Origin: Eremomyces bilateralis CBS 781.70
Lineage: Eukaryota
Strand: one strand, 5' to 3'
Length of the DNA stretch: 64,000 bases
Assembly: GCA_010015585.1 (NCBI GenBank)
Contig: ML975156.1
Shown here: one piece after another, positions 60,576-64,000 of the stretch
Layout: every line of letters begins with the position of its first letter
Position numbering within the stretch: position 1 is the stretch's first letter
Notes under the pieces: model-generated
Database searches by the model: none
What the model saw: only the letters and a program-made list of their open reading frames with translations
What the model was told of the DNA's origin: nothing
Made by a program: the position numbers and the translations under genes

Positions 60576-63055
60576 TTAGAGCCAATTCGCATAAGCCCAT
60601 GCGATGCGCTTAACCACGCTTTTCTGTCTCTCCACTCCCGTTCGGATATCCACTAAATCCTCGAGCTCTTCCAAAAAGTCCCGGAGCACGCGTTTGGGCA
60701 ATGTCGCACTTGCGGTTTGGCGGAGCACATGGACCTCGCAGAGCAACAGACCGTGATCTTTATAGAACAGTTCGCCATAGCCGGTTGACGATGCCGAGGT
60801 CAGGATGCGGTCGATGTTGCTGATGATGTTAGAGGGACGGTCGATAAAGGACACAAGGACGCTTACCGTAGTTCCTTCACCATCTGGCCCTTCTGATTCC
60901 GCTGTTGAATACCGCTTCGGTTTCCCATGGCTGAACTTAGCCACCAGAATACGCCGAAGCAGACAAAGAGCCCAGGGGTAAGGCCAACAAATCTACATCG
61001 GAAGTCAGCATCTGCGGAGGAGAAATGGCGGTAGTCCAGCGTATTCCATACCCAAATACCAGCTCTTGGCTCTTCAACAAACTATCAATCCCCCCAATTG
61101 CAACCTCCACATCTACCTTCGTTTTCTGCACCTGAATAAGCAGCGTTCTCACCAGCTCGCCCCTAACCGTGCCCCAGAGCGGTGACCGCATATCTCGCTC
61201 GTAAGCTTTCAGGACCGGAGTGAGATCACCCTCCCGGACTTTGACTCGCATATCGGCAATCTCTGTGTCCGACAGCCGACTTCCACTACTATTCTTCGCG
61301 TTGTCAACTGCGAACTCGACAACCATCCTCTCCAGGCTGTCACGGTCGCCTTCGAGGCTCCGTTTGCTCATGATGCTGACCTCGCTATCTTCGTCATGGC
61401 GGATGGTGCCGATGACATTGCGAATCGGCGCGATGACCCAGTTATTCCAGAAATCTTTGGCAGTGGTTCCGGAGTCCTTGAGCCACTGTACGATCTCTGC
61501 TCGTCGATTCGTGAGGATCCGAAGTACGGTGCCCGACGACAGGATGCCCACGGTCACAATTGGCCAATACCTAACCCAGCGGGGTGGACGACCGTTCTGC
61601 ATGACCGCAGCATTGAAAGTATCTTGATACGCTGGCAGACCATTTTCAAGCAAGCCGAGCAGGCGGTTAATACCTGATAAGGGCTTTAGCCATGATGAGG
61701 ATTCCGTGGCTTCATCGAAATCAATATCGTAGTAGGGGTCTTCTTGCGTTGCGGATGCGATGGCATCGTCGAATTTCGCAGCAGATAGAGTAGCGTCGCT
61801 CGCGCGACCTAGGACCGCATCGAGAAGCGCAATGGTTTTTGCCGTAGATGATTTCCATTTGGTGCTTATGAAATGGGGCTGTGATTGCGGATGCATGGCA
61901 GACAAGGTTGATGGGTCGGGTGTATGGATACTATCGTAGCGAATGTTAGTTGTGGTGGATTTAAAGAAAGCGGATATTCTACTAACCCTCCGGCGCTCAA
62001 TCCTTCCCCAAGCAGGACACCGAGCGCATTGGCATTGACCACCCTAAGTTTCTGTAATCCTTTCCGCTTAACCGCCAACTCTCCTCTTGCAAGCATTAGT
62101 GGTCCTATGAGTTGCTTTCGCCAGTCTCGCATGTTTCTCTCACGAACCACGCTCCGCACTAGCGTGTAGAAATCGCTCCACCCACGATTCACGGCATTCC
62201 GTGTCGTCTGCACAAGAGTCGTCGACGATCGTCTCCGACTCTTTGCTTGAGCGCTTTGATCGGCGCCGGAGGTCGTGATGTTCTCGATGCGCCGCGCAAC
62301 CTCTCCGTATACATCTTGAATCGAATGGAACAACCGCAACGGTGTCATCTGAACGGCGAACAGTGCCGTATATCTATAACTCGAAAGCACGTCATCGAAA
62401 TAGTACAGATGCTCGCTCAGTGGTATTGTGTTCTCCAGTATTGTATCCAAAACAATTCCATACGCAGCGTTCGTTGCCTTGGCCAGAAGTAGCCATTCCA
62501 GGTCGTGCTCGAGGGATTCATCCGTATCTGTCTCCCATACTTCATCACCAATTCTTCCATTTTCCTCGTGGTCCCGATGATAGGAAGAGGCATACGAGTC
62601 GGTGGCTCCCTCTTCTGTGCCATCCGGTAGATCAGACCGGGTTCCTTCGGCTCCTAAGCCCTCCCTTTGACAGACACGGCATCCTTCTAGTCGAGAGGCT
62701 TCCTTGAGTGCTTGGACGATTCGATTGCGGTGGTGGATCAATGATCCTCTATGGGATGGTGAGTGCGAGAGGGCCTTCACAAGGGCCTGAAGCTCGCTGG
62801 TCCGGTCGGAGAGTCTCCGTTTTCGGGGGGAGGGAGCCGAGGCTGACCGTACCGCGAACTGCTCCTCTTGGATTGCATTCTCGTCGCCATGAGAGTCATA
62901 CTGTGACCATGATAATTGCAGACGGTCCAACTGTGCATCAATGCGTTGTACCTGGCTGCGGCACGTTAGGACGTGGTTTCCACCCTCTACTCCAGCCAGG
63001 TTTCTGCTCGAGTGCTGGATGTGCTGTTCGTGACTTACTCCAGTACAAAGGACAT
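60576..63055 (-). CDS. NCA2: Nuclear control of ATPase protein 2, multi-exon
   Basis: Spliced start MSFVLD|QVQRIDAQLDRLQ; LEWLLLAKAT; GRPPRWVRYWP; FWNNWVIAP..IGTIRHD; SLERMVVEFA; GELVRTLLIQVQKTKVDVEVAIGGIDSLLKSQELVFG; GLLLCEVHVLR. Confidence 0.9.
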
Positions 63056-64000
63056 GGCTTCGAGGTATCCGAACTCAATACGGCCAACAAGTGACCATAC
63101 CTAACCAAGCTCGGCTTCGGAAGAGAAAGGAATGGATCTTGCGCGTTTGAGCTTCAAGAAAGTTTACCCCAGAATTTCATCCTGAAATTCTGCCCAAGCA
63201 ACCAGAAAACCAAGCTCCACGTGACTCGTCGTCCGTGACATCATAACAGCTGACTTCTTCCTAGCCACCATGCAATTCCGTGCTCAGTGCTGAGCCACAG
63301 CGGGTTAGTCAGCAGCTTCCCCTGAGACTTCAGCATCAAAGAACCAACTTCCCCTGATTTACCATTTCAGTTCATAATCCCACATTCTTCGAAAGTCGTT
63401 CGGTCTTAAGGGCTTCAGGCTTCCTGAGTTGTATCCTAATCATGCAACATGGCCCAACAGAACATGTGACCTCTAAAGACATACTTTGACGGGATAGCCG
63501 AGACGAACGGTGATGATGAGTGCTCCGCTTGGTTGGGTCGGATTTGTGACGCAAAGGCTGAACTGGCAAGTTTTGTTTCCAGTCTTCGGGAAAGGGGAAA
63601 TGGCGCTGGATCATTCCTATCCCGCGTGTCCACAGCAAGGGATTAACGGTGGAGAGCCCACAACAACTTGGACCATTTTATTATCCTGGATTTCATTGAG
63701 GGGACCCTTTTATTGACCGTCCTCAAGTAACCGACCGAGACTAGCGATATGGTTCTAAACCCAGATATCGGCCCAACGATATTGGATAAGATCTATCATC
63801 AAATCGCCGATTACATGTTCCAACTCTCTCAACTTGCCTTTACCCGCACCGGAGCTATCACGAAGACCGAGATTCAAAATGGACCGTCACTAAAGATCGC
63901 TAACATATAATGTGAACGAGTTGGCGACTGTCATAGGATATCCCGACGATCAATTTCCTCGCACTATTTGATCGTGCGAGAGATTACTTCAGGTCGCTGA

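Overview
Gene-dense genomic DNA from a filamentous ascomycete (Pezizomycotina-type): short GT-AG introns with CTAAC/CTGAC branch sites and typical fungal gene families. I cannot name the species. Housekeeping genes are MCM10, RNase H2 subunit B, a Pex30-like peroxin, a Trf4/Cid14-type poly(A) polymerase, cytochrome c heme lyase, YIP1, a UFD1-domain protein and NCA2. Secreted or metabolic genes are a tyrosinase-like protein, an SDR, an APH-like kinase, a Gfa/CENP-V protein, a GMC oxidoreductase and a cutinase. Decayed material includes a Tc1/mariner copy, an SNF2 helicase remnant, a probable metallophosphoesterase pseudogene and two apparently related Cys-rich pseudogenes. The standout is at 31.7-35.7 kb: two ORFs that look separate in the ORF track join through two canonical phase-1 introns into one NLR-like gene. 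It encodes a bacterial-defence-type SIR2 (putative NADase) domain, a NACHT domain and 11 near-identical ankyrin repeats with hypervariable, slippage-prone positions. Other leads are arrays of TA-spacer-TA units resembling stacked transposon excision footprints, and a cryptic last intron that would give the GMC oxidoreductase a KSEL C-terminus. All calls were made by eye from motifs; no searches were run.
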